Shown: positions 59,813-59,845 of the stretch, piece after piece
Layout: every line of letters begins with the position of its first letter
How positions within the stretch are numbered: the first letter of the stretch is position 1
Assembly (NCBI GenBank): GCA_964586635.1
Contig: CAZPGN010000001.1
Location: 11,087-70,931, forward strand
Reading direction: 5' to 3'
DNA: 59,845 nt
DNA from: an uncultured Candidatus Saccharibacteria bacterium
GTDB lineage: Bacteria; Patescibacteriota; Minisyncoccia; Phycocordibacterales; CAZPGN01
The notes under the pieces: model-generated
What the model saw: only the letters and a program-made list of their open reading frames with translations
Database searches by the model: none
Told to the model about the DNA's origin: nothing
Program-made: the position numbers and the translations under genes

Positions 59813-59845
59813 AGGCACATTATACCGCAGTCAAACAAATACAAT

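Overview
A gene-dense window, almost all on the minus strand, from a small-genome bacterium. It is most likely Patescibacteria/CPR (Parcubacteria-like). That is an inference from the many trimmed housekeeping proteins, the typical hypotheticals and the lack of SD sites; standard code 11 is used. Core content: a mini cell-wall cluster (mraY-ftsW-murG) with gltX and an M23 peptidase; trpS-aspS-scpAB-DD-carboxypeptidase; bipA; rpoB-rpoC-dnaG-rpoD-grpE-dnaK-dnaJ; rpsP-khpA-trmD; pheST-gyrB-uvrB and uvrA-uvrC; rpmE-prfA-rpsB-tsf-tRNA-Thr; rplY; and a glycolysis/non-oxidative pentose phosphate cluster. I found no CRISPR array, transposase or phage genes. The best leads are: (1) a ClsB-like PLD + acyltransferase + PhcB-like methyltransferase + 7TM histidine kinase module after dnaJ, a candidate lipid-derived signalling system; (2) a tRNA-like gene with its own promoter and terminator but a 19-nt anticodon arm and non-canonical core bases; (3) a stand-alone 67-codon unit packed with hairpins; (4) a hidden relic of an ATP-grasp RiPP ligase that the ORF track misses; (5) UvrA lacking its insertion domain; (6) an attenuator-like rpoB leader; and (7) -10 boxes only 6-11 nt upstream of many start codons. 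All homology calls come from motif recognition by eye; no database search was run.
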